DNA of 64,000 bases, from positions 14,649 through 78,648 of the forward strand of contig JAFGQW010000216.1 of the NCBI GenBank assembly GCA_016935485.1. Direction: 5' to 3'. Source of the DNA: Planctomycetota bacterium (GTDB taxonomy: Bacteria; Planctomycetota; JAFGQW01). Position numbers and translations under genes: made by a program. The notes beneath the pieces were generated by a model. The model was not told the origin of the DNA, ran no database searches, and was given only the letters and a program-made list of their open reading frames with translations. Below are positions 19,404 through 29,337 of the stretch, piece after piece (position 1 is the first letter of the stretch; every line of letters begins with the position of its first letter).

Positions 19404-20699
19404 ATGGACATGCGCGCTGCCGTTCTCTGTCTCGTCGTGATGTCGCTCGCCGCCACGGCGGCTCCTGCCCAGCCCCACTCGCACGGCTGGTTCGTGCCGG
19501 GCTACCGGCACATCCACTACGTCAGTCCGCAAGGTGCGGTGACGTCGGTCAGCTTCACGACCAGCTACGTGTACGCCGCGATCATGAACTGGGACAACCG
19601 CACGGTGCTCGCGTTTGACTACTCGCTCAACGCGATCCTCCAGATCGACCCTCAGAACCTGACGGTGGTGGGCACGCTGCTCAAGGATCCCCTCCTGACC
19701 GCGACCACGGCAGTGGCCGACATGGTCTTCGATTCCAACGGCGATCTCTTCGTGGCCGGCACCACCGGCCGGCCCGGCATCTCGCGGACATCGGTCACCA
19801 ACCCCGCGCTGACCCCGATCGTCAACACCGCCCCACTGGCCACCGTGGGCAACATGTCGCTCGACCCCGACACGGGCGAGCTCATCGCCGTGCCGGGCTT
19901 GACGGCCGGAACGGTCTGCTATCTCGTGCGGCGGGACGGCTCCACGTTCCAGACGCTCGGCACCGGCTTCGTTACCCGCTACGGCACCTACCGGCACATC
20001 CCGACCGGCGATATCTACTCGGGTTCGTGCTGCGGCAGAAGCGGCGGCGGCTCGAATGCCGCCCTGGTCCGGCTCGCGGCCGGCACCACCGTGGCCACGA
20101 CGCTCTTTCCGAACGACACGATCCGCGGCGCCTACTCGCCCTGGCCGGACCGCGCCAGCGCCGCGACGCAGCGCCTGATCGTCGCCACCTGGCGCGATAC
20201 CGGCAGCCCGGGCGCCGACGGCCTCTGGCAGGTGGACATCGCCACGACCACCATGAGCAAGCTGGCGACCATCACCACCGGCAACACGCACAAGGCCGTG
20301 CACGTGTTCGGCCGGAACCTGCAGACCGTGCGCGTGGCCCAGGGCCAGTGGGCGGTGCGGCTGAGCTTTCCGGGAATGGCCGGGATGGGCTACGCGGTGG
20401 CGCTCAGCATCAGCGGCACCCGGCCGTTCCCGCGGCTCGCCGACGGGCGGGCGATCCCGATCACGCCCGACATCTTCACCGCGACGAGTCTTTCCACGGG
20501 CCTGGCGCCCTACTTCACCCACAACATCGGCGCGCTCAATGCCAGCGCACAGGCGGCGGCACTCGTCGACGTGAGCACGCTCGGCAAGGGGTTGAACGGA
20601 ATCAGGCTGTTCTTGCTGGCAGCCGTGCTCGACCCCAAGGCGCCGTTCGGGCTGTCGGTCATCGCCGATCCCGTGGCGCTGGTGATCGAGGGCCTGTAG
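19404..20699 (+). CDS. secreted hypothetical protein (signal peptide, Thr/Gly-rich, probable beta-rich fold)
   Basis: AAAGGAG RBS then ATGGACATG. N-terminal signal peptide MDMRAAVLCLVVMSLAATAAPAQP. No recognisable catalytic motif. Contains SGSCCGRSGGGS. Confidence 0.65.
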   Translation: MDMRAAVLCLVVMSLAATAAPAQPHSHGWFVPGYRHIHYVSPQGAVTSVSFTTSYVYAAIMNWDNRTVLAFDYSLNAILQIDPQNLTVVGTLLKDPLLTATTAVADMVFDSNGDLFVAGTTGRPGISRTSVTNPALTPIVNTAPLATVGNMSLDPDTGELIAVPGLTAGTVCYLVRRDGSTFQTLGTGFVTRYGTYRHIPTGDIYSGSCCGRSGGGSNAALVRLAAGTTVATTLFPNDTIRGAYSPWPDRASAATQRLIVATWRDTGSPGADGLWQVDIATTTMSKLATITTGNTHKAVHVFGRNLQTVRVAQGQWAVRLSFPGMAGMGYAVALSISGTRPFPRLADGRAIPITPDIFTATSLSTGLAPYFTHNIGALNASAQAAALVDVSTLGKGLNGIRLFLLAAVLDPKAPFGLSVIADPVALVIEGL

Positions 20700-20831
20700 G
20701 CCGCCGGCGCACGGCCGAAACAGCGCGAGGCTCCGGCACGGAGCCGGAGCCTCGTCGCACGGTCGCGTCCCGGGCGAACCGGGGTGCGGAGCCACCCATA
20801 GGGGCCGGGGAGCGGTTCCCCCAGAGTGGGG

Positions 20832-21305
20832 TCAGGCCTTCTTGCCCGGGCCGAACATGTCGAGGAGCTGGATGCGGGCGCGCTGCATGCGGCGGAGCAT
20901 GATGGCGGAGAACCGCTTCATCATCTCGTAGCCCATGGCGGGATCCTCCTCGAACTTGCCGCGCAGACACCGGGCGTCCATCGCGATCGCCTTCGTGTCC
21001 TCCACGGCGCGCGCCGCGTAGTGCCACCGGTACGGAGGAAAGAGCCAGGACCAGCCGAGCACCTTGCCGGGTCCAATCGTCTCGATCGTGATGACACCGC
21101 GATCCGAAGACTCGATATCAATGGCCACCTTGCCGGACTGGATGATGTAGAAGTGATCCGCAGGATCATCCTGGTTGAAGATGTTCTTGCGGGCAGCAAA
21201 GTGCGCGTTCGAGGCGCACCCGACCAGCGAAGTGATGTAGTCGGCCTTCATGCCCTCAAAGAACGGGTGCTCCCTCAGCAGTGTCTCCACCGTGCGGATT
21301 TCCAT
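20832..21305 (-). CDS. stand-alone cyclic nucleotide-binding domain protein
   Basis: 157 aa. cNMP-binding signature (FGEMALL-equivalent region GKVLGWSWLF..., RAARAVEDTKAIAMD). No HTH domain. Divergent from the hydrogenase operon. Confidence 0.75.
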   Translation of the reverse strand: MEIRTVETLLREHPFFEGMKADYITSLVGCASNAHFAARKNIFNQDDPADHFYIIQSGKVAIDIESSDRGVITIETIGPGKVLGWSWLFPPYRWHYAARAVEDTKAIAMDARCLRGKFEEDPAMGYEMMKRFSAIMLRRMQRARIQLLDMFGPGKKA

Positions 21306-21978
21306 GGGCGCTCTCCTCAGTCAAGTCTCTTCTCGGGCCGTCCTTCGGCGCACGTGCGAAACCAGGCCGGCGGCAAAGACTGCCGCGTGCTCGGGCAGAT
21401 CGGCAGCCCCGTCATTCCGACCACTCCTTCGCCAGTCCACCATCCCCGATCCCGGATCCCACTCTTACCGGAATCCGCAGCCATGATCAACAGATATTTG
21501 GCGTGAAACCGTTGACCCCGTTCACGATGGTTGTAGCTTTTCCGGAGCCTCCCGGCCGGGGCCGGGATATGGAACGGAAAGCGTTCAGATTCGCCGCACG
21601 GTCGCCTGCCTTGCCCCGCTTTGCGGAGCGCCTTGCGGACGGTCAATCGGCAGCCGCGATACAGATGGAAGCGGTGCTCGTGCCGCAACCTGTCCGCCGC
21701 AGCTGCCTCCGCCGCAGCTGCCTGGCGCGCCCGTTCGGCGCCGCGCCCGTTCCAGTGACCAGCGCGCCCGGGAGCACGAGCCGTCGGCGTCAGGACTGCG
21801 CGCCGCACGAGTGCGGACCTGCCGGCGGAGAGGCTGCCGCTTTTCCGCGCAAGTCGGGAACGGAGAACGAGATACTACCACGGCCGAACCGGGAGTCGGC
21901 GCCGGACTTGCCCGCCCCGCGGGCGCGCGCGGCCTCGTCCTCCCGGTCGCCTTCGGCGCCTTTGAGGAGGATGCTCTC

Positions 21979-23019
21979 GTGACAGTCCGAGTCGTACCGC
22001 GAGCCGCTCTGGATGCCTGGGTGAACGACCTCGTCCAGCGGCAGAAGGTCTACGGCGTGCAGTTGAAGGAGGAGCGCTTCGCCTTCGGCCCGCTCGTGCG
22101 GGCGGCAGACCTCCGCCTGGACTACGACGTCACCCTGCTGCCGCCCAAGAAGTACTTCCTGCCGCAGCGCGAGGTGCTGAGCCGGTTTGACCGCTTCAAG
22201 GTCGAGTTCGAGCCGGTGCTCGCCGACGAGCCCTTCGTGCTTCTCGGCGTTCACCCTTACGACTTCGAGGCGATCCGGCAGCTCGATGCGATCTTCTCCC
22301 GCAACCACCCCGACGCGCACTACCTCACCCGGCGCCGGAACGCGACCATCGTGGTCTCGGATGTGGAGACGCCGTCTCAGGACGTGTTCGCCGCCTGCAT
22401 GGGCACCGCCACCGCCGACTGCATGGACGGCTGGGACGTGCTGCTCACCCGGATCGCCGACGCCACCTACGCGGTCGAGGCGCGGACGGAGAAGGGCACG
22501 GCCCTGGTGGGCCAGATCCAGGGGACGAAGGGGGCCGGCGAGGCCGATCTCGAGCAGCGCCGCGCCGTCTGGGATCGAAACCGCGACGTCCTGAAGAAGC
22601 ACCAGCTCCGCATGAACCCCGAGGATCTGCCCGACCTGCTGGCCCGGAGCTATGATCACCCCGTCTGGGAGGAGAAGGCAGCCCTCTGCTACTCCTGCGG
22701 CTCGTGCAATCTCGTCTGCCCGACCTGCTACTGCTTCGACGTGGCCGACGAGCTCCACTGGGATCTCCAGACCGGCGAGCGCACGCGGCACTGGGACGGC
22801 TGCATGCTCGAGAAGTTCGCGGAGGTCGCCGGCGGCCACAACTTTCGCGGCGGCAAGGCCGCGCGCTATCGCCACCGCTACTACCGCAAGGGCAAATGGA
22901 TCCACGACTTGACCGGGGACATCGCCTGCGTCGGGTGCGGCCGCTGCATCAGCGCCTGCACGGCCAAGATCGCCAACCCCGTGGAGGTGTTCAACCGGCT
23001 GATGGAGGCCACGTCATGA
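21979..23019 (+). CDS. hydB: group 3b [NiFe] hydrogenase (sulfhydrogenase-type) beta subunit, 4Fe-4S protein
   Basis: GTG start (Val 57 of the track ORF) preceded by GAGGAGG. The track N-terminus upstream is junk. Cys clusters CYSCGSCNLVCPTCYC and CVGCGRCISACT. Similar to sulfhydrogenase beta / HyhB. Confidence 0.8.
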   Translation: MTVRVVPRAALDAWVNDLVQRQKVYGVQLKEERFAFGPLVRAADLRLDYDVTLLPPKKYFLPQREVLSRFDRFKVEFEPVLADEPFVLLGVHPYDFEAIRQLDAIFSRNHPDAHYLTRRRNATIVVSDVETPSQDVFAACMGTATADCMDGWDVLLTRIADATYAVEARTEKGTALVGQIQGTKGAGEADLEQRRAVWDRNRDVLKKHQLRMNPEDLPDLLARSYDHPVWEEKAALCYSCGSCNLVCPTCYCFDVADELHWDLQTGERTRHWDGCMLEKFAEVAGGHNFRGGKAARYRHRYYRKGKWIHDLTGDIACVGCGRCISACTAKIANPVEVFNRLMEATS

Positions 23020-23891
23020 GCGAAGCCACCGTCCAGAACAGAGCGCCTGCCGGCGCCGATGCGCCCCGGAGCATCTACCTGCCCGAGCCGGCCACGCTGG
23101 TCGACGTGCGCCCGATGACCAAGCAGGAGAAGTTCTTCCGCTTCCAGATGGCGCGCGCGGAGGGGATGAAGTACATGCCCGGACAGTTCGCCGAGATCTC
23201 GCTGCCGGGCATCGGCGAGTGTCCGATTTCGATCAGCTCCTCGCCCACCCGCAACGGCGACGGCTCCTTCGAGATGGTCATCCGCAGCGCCGGCGCGGTC
23301 ACGGCCGCGCTCCATCGGCTCAGCCCCGGCGACCGGGTCGGCGTCCGCGGCCCCTTCGGCACGCACTTCCCGGTCGAAGACGAGTTCCGCGGCAAGGATC
23401 TCGTGTTCATCTGCGGAGGCATCGGTCTCGTGCCGGTGCGCTCGGCCATCCACTACGTGCTCGACCAGCGGGACGATTACCGGAAGATCACCGTCCTGTT
23501 CGGAGCCCGCTCGCCCGAGGAGCGCCTGTTCATCGGCGAGCTCTACGACCTGAAGACCCGCAAGGACGTCTTCTTCCAGGAGACCGTCGACGTGGCCGAT
23601 CCCACCTGGGGCGGCAACGTCGGCGTCATCACCACGCTCATGCCGCAGCTGCGCCTGGAAGCCGACCGCACCGTGGTGATCATCTGCGGCCCGCCCATCA
23701 TGTACAAGTTCGTGCTGCTCGAACTGCGCAAGCTCCAGGTCGCCAACCGGAACATCTACGTGTCGCTCGAGCGGCACATGAAGTGCGGCGTCGGCAAGTG
23801 CGGACACTGCCAGATCAACGGCCTCTACGCCTGCCAGGACGGGCCGGTGTTCAGGTACGCGGACATCTCGTCAGTTCGGGAGGCGATCTAG
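23016..23891 (+). CDS. hydG: group 3b hydrogenase gamma subunit (FAD/NAD(P)-binding oxidoreductase with 2Fe-2S)
   Basis: ATG overlaps the hydB stop (ATGA). Ferredoxin-NADP reductase-like fold (RFQMARAEG..., GGIGLVPVRS). C-terminal CGVGKCGHCQ...C 2Fe-2S motif. Confidence 0.9.
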   Translation: MSEATVQNRAPAGADAPRSIYLPEPATLVDVRPMTKQEKFFRFQMARAEGMKYMPGQFAEISLPGIGECPISISSSPTRNGDGSFEMVIRSAGAVTAALHRLSPGDRVGVRGPFGTHFPVEDEFRGKDLVFICGGIGLVPVRSAIHYVLDQRDDYRKITVLFGARSPEERLFIGELYDLKTRKDVFFQETVDVADPTWGGNVGVITTLMPQLRLEADRTVVIICGPPIMYKFVLLELRKLQVANRNIYVSLERHMKCGVGKCGHCQINGLYACQDGPVFRYADISSVREAI

Positions 23892-24632
23892 ATGCGCAAG
23901 CCACGAATCGGTATCTTCGACTTTGCGTGCTGCGAGGGCTGTCAGCTGCAGATCGTGAACCTGGAGGAGGAGATCCTCGATCTCCTCGGCGTGGTCACTC
24001 CGGTGGAGTGGCGGGAGGCGATGTCCGACCAGGCCGAGAAAGGCGAGTCGTTCGACATCGCCCTCGTGGAGGGGTCGATCACGCGGGAGGAGGATGCGGA
24101 GCGGCTCCGCGAGATCCGCGCCCGGGCGAAGTTCCTGATCGCGCTCGGCGCCTGCGCGACCATCGGGGGGGTGAACAAGCTGAAGAACAACTTCGGCATG
24201 AACGACGTGAAGGAGACGGTCTACGGAGAAGCAGCCGATATGCCGCACCTCGAGACCATGCCGACCAAGGCGCTCCACGAGGTGGTCCAGGTGGACTACA
24301 TGGTGCACGGCTGTCCGATCGAGGCGGCCGAGCTGGCCCATGTCGTGAGGACCCTCCTCGCCGGCAAGACGCCGACGCTCCCCGCCTACCCGGTGTGCGT
24401 GGAATGCAAGCTCAAGGAGAACGCCTGCCGCTTCGAGTTCGGCGAGATCTGCCTCGGGCCGATCACGCGCGCCGGCTGCGGCGCGCGGTGCCCGTCGGAA
24501 GGCTCCTGGTGCTTCGGGTGCCGCGGGCTCGTGGATGACCCGAACACCCAGGCTGCCCGCGAGGTGATGGCCCACTACGGCAAGACGATCGACGATCTCC
24601 GCGGCAAGATGCTGCTCTTCAACAGCAAGTAG
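23892..24632 (+). CDS. hydD: [NiFe] hydrogenase small (delta) subunit
   Basis: IGIFDFACCEGCQLQIV N-terminal cluster-binding motif typical of group 3 small subunits. Further Cys motifs GCPIEAAE and CVECKLKENACRFEFGEICLGPITRAGCGARCP. Starts 1 nt after the hydG stop. Confidence 0.9.
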   Translation: MRKPRIGIFDFACCEGCQLQIVNLEEEILDLLGVVTPVEWREAMSDQAEKGESFDIALVEGSITREEDAERLREIRARAKFLIALGACATIGGVNKLKNNFGMNDVKETVYGEAADMPHLETMPTKALHEVVQVDYMVHGCPIEAAELAHVVRTLLAGKTPTLPAYPVCVECKLKENACRFEFGEICLGPITRAGCGARCPSEGSWCFGCRGLVDDPNTQAAREVMAHYGKTIDDLRGKMLLFNSK

Positions 24633-24645
24633 GAGAAACGCCCCG

Positions 24646-25944
24646 ATGAGCCGAACAGTCGAGTTCGATGTCCACCACGTGACCCGGGTCGAGGGGCACG
24701 GCAACATCAAGGTGCGGGTGAAGAACGGGACCGTCGACGAGGTGCGCTGGCTGGTGCCGGAGGCGCCGCGCTTCTTCGAGGCCATGGTGCGGGGCCGGAG
24801 CTGGGAAGACATCCAGACGGTGGTGAGCCGCATCTGCGGCATCTGCTCGGTGACGCATTCGCTCGCCTCGATCAAGGCGGTCGAAGCGGCGCTCGGCGTC
24901 GAGATCTCCCGGCAGACCGACCGGCTGCGCATCCTGGCCCACTACGGCGAGCAGGTCGAGAGCCATGTCCTCCACGTCGGTTACCTCGTCGCGCCGGACC
25001 TCCTCGGCCAGAAGTCCGTCGTGCCGCTGGTGACAAGCCACCCCGAAGTGGTGCAGACGGTGATTGCACTCCACAAGCTCGGCAACCACATGATGGAGGT
25101 GCTCGCCGGCCGCAAGACCCACCCCATCCGCTTGAAGCCGGGCGGGTTCGCGAAGCTCCCCACCGAGGCGGAGCTCCGCGACCTCAAGGCGCGGCTCCAG
25201 GCGGCGGTGCCGCAGCTCGAGGCCCTGGCCGAGGTGATTCTCAGCCTCGCCGGCGAGCTCCCGGATTTTCGCCGCGAGACGGAGTACATCGCGCTCGTCA
25301 ACCCGCCGCACTATCCCTTCTACCACGGCCAGATCGGCAGCACGGACACCGACGAGCGGGTACCGGTAGCCGAGTTCGAGCGGGTGGTCAACGAGTACGT
25401 CTCGCCGCAGTCCACCGCGAAGTGGACCCGCTGGCATCGCGACGCCTACGGCGTCGGGGCGCTGGCGCGCTTCAATCTCAACGCCGAGCATCTCGCGCCG
25501 CTCGCCACGAAGGTGGCGGCTTCCTTCGGGCTCGAGAAGGGCTGCACGAACCCCTACTTGAACAACGTGGCGCAGCTCGTGGAAGTCGTGCACGTCGTCG
25601 AGCGAAGCATGGGGATCGTCGACGAGCTGCTTGAGGCCGGAATCCGTCCGGAGAAGCCGCACGTCGAGCCACGGGCAGGTGTCGGCGTGGGCTGCGTCGA
25701 GGCGCCGCGCGGCATCCTCTTCCACAAGTACGAGTTCGACGAGCGCGGCCGGTGCCTGGCCGCCAACATCTGCATCCCCACCAACCAGAACCACGCCAAC
25801 ATCCAGAAGGACTTCGAGGCGTTGCTGCCCGAGATCCTCGACGAGGAGGAGGACGCGATCCGGCTCAAGATGGAGATGCTGGTGCGGGCCTACGACCCCT
25901 GCATCTCGTGCTCGACCCACTACCTCGACGTCGAGTTCGTCTGA
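24646..25944 (+). CDS. hydA: [NiFe] hydrogenase large (alpha) subunit
   Basis: N-terminal RICGICSVTH (L1 Ni-binding CxxC) and C-terminal DPCISCSTH (L2) followed by a short cleavable extension YLDVEFV. AGGAGA RBS. Confidence 0.95.
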   Translation: MSRTVEFDVHHVTRVEGHGNIKVRVKNGTVDEVRWLVPEAPRFFEAMVRGRSWEDIQTVVSRICGICSVTHSLASIKAVEAALGVEISRQTDRLRILAHYGEQVESHVLHVGYLVAPDLLGQKSVVPLVTSHPEVVQTVIALHKLGNHMMEVLAGRKTHPIRLKPGGFAKLPTEAELRDLKARLQAAVPQLEALAEVILSLAGELPDFRRETEYIALVNPPHYPFYHGQIGSTDTDERVPVAEFERVVNEYVSPQSTAKWTRWHRDAYGVGALARFNLNAEHLAPLATKVAASFGLEKGCTNPYLNNVAQLVEVVHVVERSMGIVDELLEAGIRPEKPHVEPRAGVGVGCVEAPRGILFHKYEFDERGRCLAANICIPTNQNHANIQKDFEALLPEILDEEEDAIRLKMEMLVRAYDPCISCSTHYLDVEFV

Positions 25945-26091
25945 GCGCGCGCGGCGGGGCGCGGACCAAGCTGCCGCGGTTCGCGCCCCGCACCGCCCCC
26001 CGGGTCCTGTCCCGCGCGCCGGGAACGGGCTAAGGTTGTGCGTCCCGGGGCCGGGGCCTCCGGGGCACATTTCCCGCTGCCGGAGCTCGCC

Positions 26092-26580
26092 ATGGTCGCC
26101 GCAATCGCCGTCCTCGGACTCGGCAGCCCGCTGATGACCGACGAGGGAATCGGGATCCGCATCCTCGAGGCGCTGGAGCGGCGCGCCGACCTTCCGGAGG
26201 ACGTGGAGCTGGTCGATCTGGGGACCGGTGGGCTCCGGATCGTGCACGAGGCGGCCGGTCGGCGGAAGCTCGTCGTCGTGGACTGTGCCCGGATGGGCGA
26301 GCCGCCCGGCACGATCCGCCGGTTCACGCCGGAGGAGGTGCGCAGCCGCAAAGTCACCCTGCGCTGGTCGCTCCACGAGGGCGACGTTCTCGCCAACCTG
26401 GAGCTCGCCCGCCGCCTCGGGACCTGCCCCGAAGAGGTGGTCCTCCTCGGCATCCAGCCCGAGCGGGTCGCGCCGGGCCTCGAGCTGACGGCGACGCTCG
26501 CGGCCCGGCTCGAGGAGTACGTCGGGTGGGTGCTGGCCGAGCTCCGTCCCGCGGAGAAAGCAGGGCCGGAGCGTGCATGA
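26092..26580 (+). CDS. hydrogenase maturation endopeptidase (HycI/HoxW/FrhD family)
   Basis: Start at Met 19 of the track ORF (the track start is GTG). MVAAIAVLGLGSPLMTDEGIGIRILEAL... and ...VVVDCARMGEPPGT... are typical of Ni-dependent C-terminal processing proteases. Confidence 0.85.
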   Translation: MVAAIAVLGLGSPLMTDEGIGIRILEALERRADLPEDVELVDLGTGGLRIVHEAAGRRKLVVVDCARMGEPPGTIRRFTPEEVRSRKVTLRWSLHEGDVLANLELARRLGTCPEEVVLLGIQPERVAPGLELTATLAARLEEYVGWVLAELRPAEKAGPERA

Positions 26581-26926
26581 GTTCTCGATCTGCCAGAGCC
26601 TCGTCGACGCGGCTCTGGAGGAATTCCGCCGGATCGAGCCGACCCCCGAGCGGATCACGCGCGTGCGCGTGGTCGCGGGGCGCCTGCACCAGCTCGTCCC
26701 CGAGTTCCTCCAGTCGGCGTACGAGGTGCTGACGAAGGACACGCCAGCGGAAGGCTCCGAGATGGAGCTCCGGCTGGTGCCGGTCACCGGCCGCTGCACG
26801 GCGTGCGGCTGGGAGGGCGAGATCGAGCCGCCGGTGTTCCAGTGCGCCGGTTGCGGCGCCTTTGCGATCGAGCTGTGTGGCGGCAAGGAGCTGTACCTGG
26901 ACCAGATGGAGATCGAAGAGCGGTGA
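26573..26926 (+). CDS. hypA: hydrogenase nickel insertion protein HypA
   Basis: GTG start giving MHEFSICQSLVD..., a classic HypA N-terminus. Zn-finger CTACGWEGE...CAGCGAF. Overlaps the protease stop. Confidence 0.9.
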   Translation: MHEFSICQSLVDAALEEFRRIEPTPERITRVRVVAGRLHQLVPEFLQSAYEVLTKDTPAEGSEMELRLVPVTGRCTACGWEGEIEPPVFQCAGCGAFAIELCGGKELYLDQMEIEER

Positions 26927-27633
26927 GTTCCCGGGAGATCCGCGTCTATCGCGACCTGATGGGCGCCAACGAGAAGTGGGCCGCCGCCACCCGCGCGTGG
27001 CTCCGCGAGCGCGGCATCCTGATGCTGAACCTGATCGGCTCGCCGGGGTCGGGAAAGACGGCGCTGCTCGAGCGCATGGTCGGCGCGCTGCGGCGGGAGA
27101 GCTCGTTCGCGGTCCTCGAGGGCGACGTGGAGACGACCTGCGACGCCGAGCGGCTGCACGCACTAGGCGTGCCGGTGAGCCAGCTCCTGAGCGGTGGCGC
27201 GTGCCACCTCGAAGCCAAGCTCGTTCACCACGCGCTGCGCGATCTGGCGGTGGACCGGCTGGATCTCGTCTTCGTGGAGAACGTGGGGAATCTCGTCTGC
27301 CCGGCGGAGTTCGACATCGGCGAGGACGCGAAGGTGGCCGTGCTCAGCGTCGCCGAGGGCGAGGAGAAGCCGCTCAAGTACCCGCTGCTCTTCCGCGAGG
27401 CGGCCGCGGTGGTGCTCACCAAGATCGATCTCGTCCCCCACCTCGACTTCGATCTCGAGGCCTGCCGCCACCACCTGCGCCAGGTGAGCGGCATGCGCCC
27501 CGTGTTCGAGGTCTCCGCGCGCACCGGCGCCGGGGTGGAGGACTTCACGCGCTGGGTGCTCGACCGGCGTCCGTCCCGCGGGGCGGCGGCCGGCGCCGAA
27601 CACGAACCCGGGCCACGAAGGGACTCCCGATGA
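26923..27633 (+). CDS. hypB: hydrogenase nickel incorporation GTPase HypB
   Basis: GTG overlapping the hypA stop (GTGA). An ATG start at ~26959 is an alternative. P-loop LIGSPGSGKTALLE. CxxC-type CDAE region. G-domain ENVGNLVCP, TKIDL. Confidence 0.85.
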   Translation: MSSREIRVYRDLMGANEKWAAATRAWLRERGILMLNLIGSPGSGKTALLERMVGALRRESSFAVLEGDVETTCDAERLHALGVPVSQLLSGGACHLEAKLVHHALRDLAVDRLDLVFVENVGNLVCPAEFDIGEDAKVAVLSVAEGEEKPLKYPLLFREAAAVVLTKIDLVPHLDFDLEACRHHLRQVSGMRPVFEVSARTGAGVEDFTRWVLDRRPSRGAAAGAEHEPGPRRDSR

Positions 27634-28973
27634 CCGAAGGCAAGACCACCTGGCGCTTCCCCCGCGTGTTCTGGTTCGCCAACGGCGCCGAGCTTCTCGA
27701 GCGCGCCGCCTACTACGGGACGTTCATCGCGCTCACCCTGTACCTGTCGCGCGTGCTGGGGCTGAGCGACCCCGCGGCCGGCTGGATCGCCGGCTTGTTT
27801 GGCGCCTTCATCTACATCTTCCCCTTCCTCACCGGGGCCGCGTCCGATCGGATCGGCTTCCGGACCGCCCTGATCCTCGCGTTCGCGCTGCTCACCGTCG
27901 GCTACGGGATGCTCGGGGGGTTCCGCACGCCGCTGCCGGTTTACGTCGGCCTCTTCCTGATCGTGCTGGGCGGCTCCTTCGTCAAACCCGTGATCTCCGG
28001 CACCGTCTCGAAGTGTTCCGATGCCACCAACCGGGCGCGCGCGTTCAGCATCTTCTACATGGTGGTGAACATCGGGTCCTTCTGTGGCAAGACCGTCGTG
28101 AAGGAGATCCGCGAGGAGCTTACCGTCGCCAACGTTCCCTACTTCTCCGCGGCCGCTTCGCTGGTCGCGCTCCTGCTCGTGCTGCTGTTCTACTGGCCGA
28201 CGGCGCGCGACGAGGCGCGGCCGCGGAGCGTGCGGGAAACGCTCGCCGGCATGTGGACGGCGGTCCGCAAACTCCGGTTCCTCTGCCTCATTCTCATCAC
28301 CGCCGGCTTCTGGGCCCTCCAGGGCCAGCTCTACGGGGCGATGCCGAAGTACATGCTCCGCATGGTCGGCGAGGGGGCGGCGCCGGAATGGCTCGCGAAC
28401 ATCAACTCGGTCGTCGTGGTGTGTCTCGTGGTTGTGGTCACGCAGTGGATCCGGAAGTGGCGCTCCGATGTCAGCATCGCGCTCGCGCTGGTCATCGTCA
28501 CGGCCGGGGCGTTCGGCATGGGCATGTCGCACCTCTTCACCGGCTCGCTGAACCTGCTCGGCCTCCAGGTGCACCCGGTCCTGCTGATGGTCTGCCTCGG
28601 GATCGCGCTGCAGGGCCTGGCGGAGTGCTTCCTCAGTCCGAAGTACCTCGAGTTCGCCTCCAAGCAGGCTCCTCCGGGTCAGGAAGGGCTCTACCTCGGC
28701 TACTCGCACATGAACACCTTCTTCGCGTGGCTGCTGGGGCTGCCGCTCTCCGGTTATCTCCTCCTGTGGTTCTGTCCGGATCCGACGCGGCTCTCGCCGG
28801 CCGACCAGGCGCAGCGGCTGGCCGCGCTCGAGGGTCTCGCGCCGATGCCGGAGGCCTATGCGCACGCTCACTACGTCTGGTACGCCTTCGGACTCGTGGG
28901 CCTCTTCGCGGTGGGCTGCCTGTTCGTGTTCATCTTCGTCACCCGTCGCCTCGACGCCCGCCGGGTGCCTTGA
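27630..28973 (+). CDS. MFS transporter, POT/PTR2 (proton-dependent oligopeptide transporter) family
   Basis: Start at Met 257 of the track ORF (ATG overlapping the hypB stop). ELLERAAYYG matches the POT ExxERFxYYG signature. About 12 TM helices. Confidence 0.8.
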   Translation: MTEGKTTWRFPRVFWFANGAELLERAAYYGTFIALTLYLSRVLGLSDPAAGWIAGLFGAFIYIFPFLTGAASDRIGFRTALILAFALLTVGYGMLGGFRTPLPVYVGLFLIVLGGSFVKPVISGTVSKCSDATNRARAFSIFYMVVNIGSFCGKTVVKEIREELTVANVPYFSAAASLVALLLVLLFYWPTARDEARPRSVRETLAGMWTAVRKLRFLCLILITAGFWALQGQLYGAMPKYMLRMVGEGAAPEWLANINSVVVVCLVVVVTQWIRKWRSDVSIALALVIVTAGAFGMGMSHLFTGSLNLLGLQVHPVLLMVCLGIALQGLAECFLSPKYLEFASKQAPPGQEGLYLGYSHMNTFFAWLLGLPLSGYLLLWFCPDPTRLSPADQAQRLAALEGLAPMPEAYAHAHYVWYAFGLVGLFAVGCLFVFIFVTRRLDARRVP

Positions 28974-28974
28974 T

Positions 28975-29200
28975 CCGCGGGCGCAGTCCGCCCGCGCCAC
29001 GCCAGCGCGTGCTCTTCACGCGCGCACCCCCACCCGCACCCGCACGCCCCATGCACCACCGGGACCGGGTCAGACCCCGTTCCCGCCCGCGCCACGCCAG
29101 CGCGTGCTCTTCACGCGCGCACCCCCACCCGCACCCGCACGCCCCATGCACCACCGGGACCGGGTCCAGACCCCGTTCCCACCCGCGCCGGCCTCGATTT
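28975..29200. repeat. tandem REP-like repeat, 2 copies of ~96 bp unit
   Basis: Unit cgcccgcgccacgccagcgcgtgctcttcacgcgcgcacccccacccgcacccgcacgccccatgcaccaccgggaccgggtcagaccccgttccc is duplicated almost perfectly right after the transporter stop. Contains GGGTCAGACCCC. Confidence 0.8.
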
Positions 29201-29337
29201 CCGCGCGCCGGGATGGTAGCATCCGAGGGCGTTTCCTGCGGGAGTCGGTGGACCTCGCACGCCGGACCACTCGGCGGCTCGGCGGCAATCTGCGGGCGGC
29301 TTCCGGCCCCACCGGAACACGGCAGGGAGAGACGAGA

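Noticed and set aside
18447-20795. 782-aa - strand ORF and 18509..19456 -
   Set aside because: They span the repeat region, the redoxin gene and the secreted protein gene in wrong frames. Low-complexity translation.
24619-27159. 846-aa - strand ORF
   Set aside because: Antisense to hydA, the protease gene and hypA, all of which carry diagnostic motifs on the + strand.
27225-29000. 591-aa - strand ORF
   Set aside because: Antisense of the POT transporter gene.
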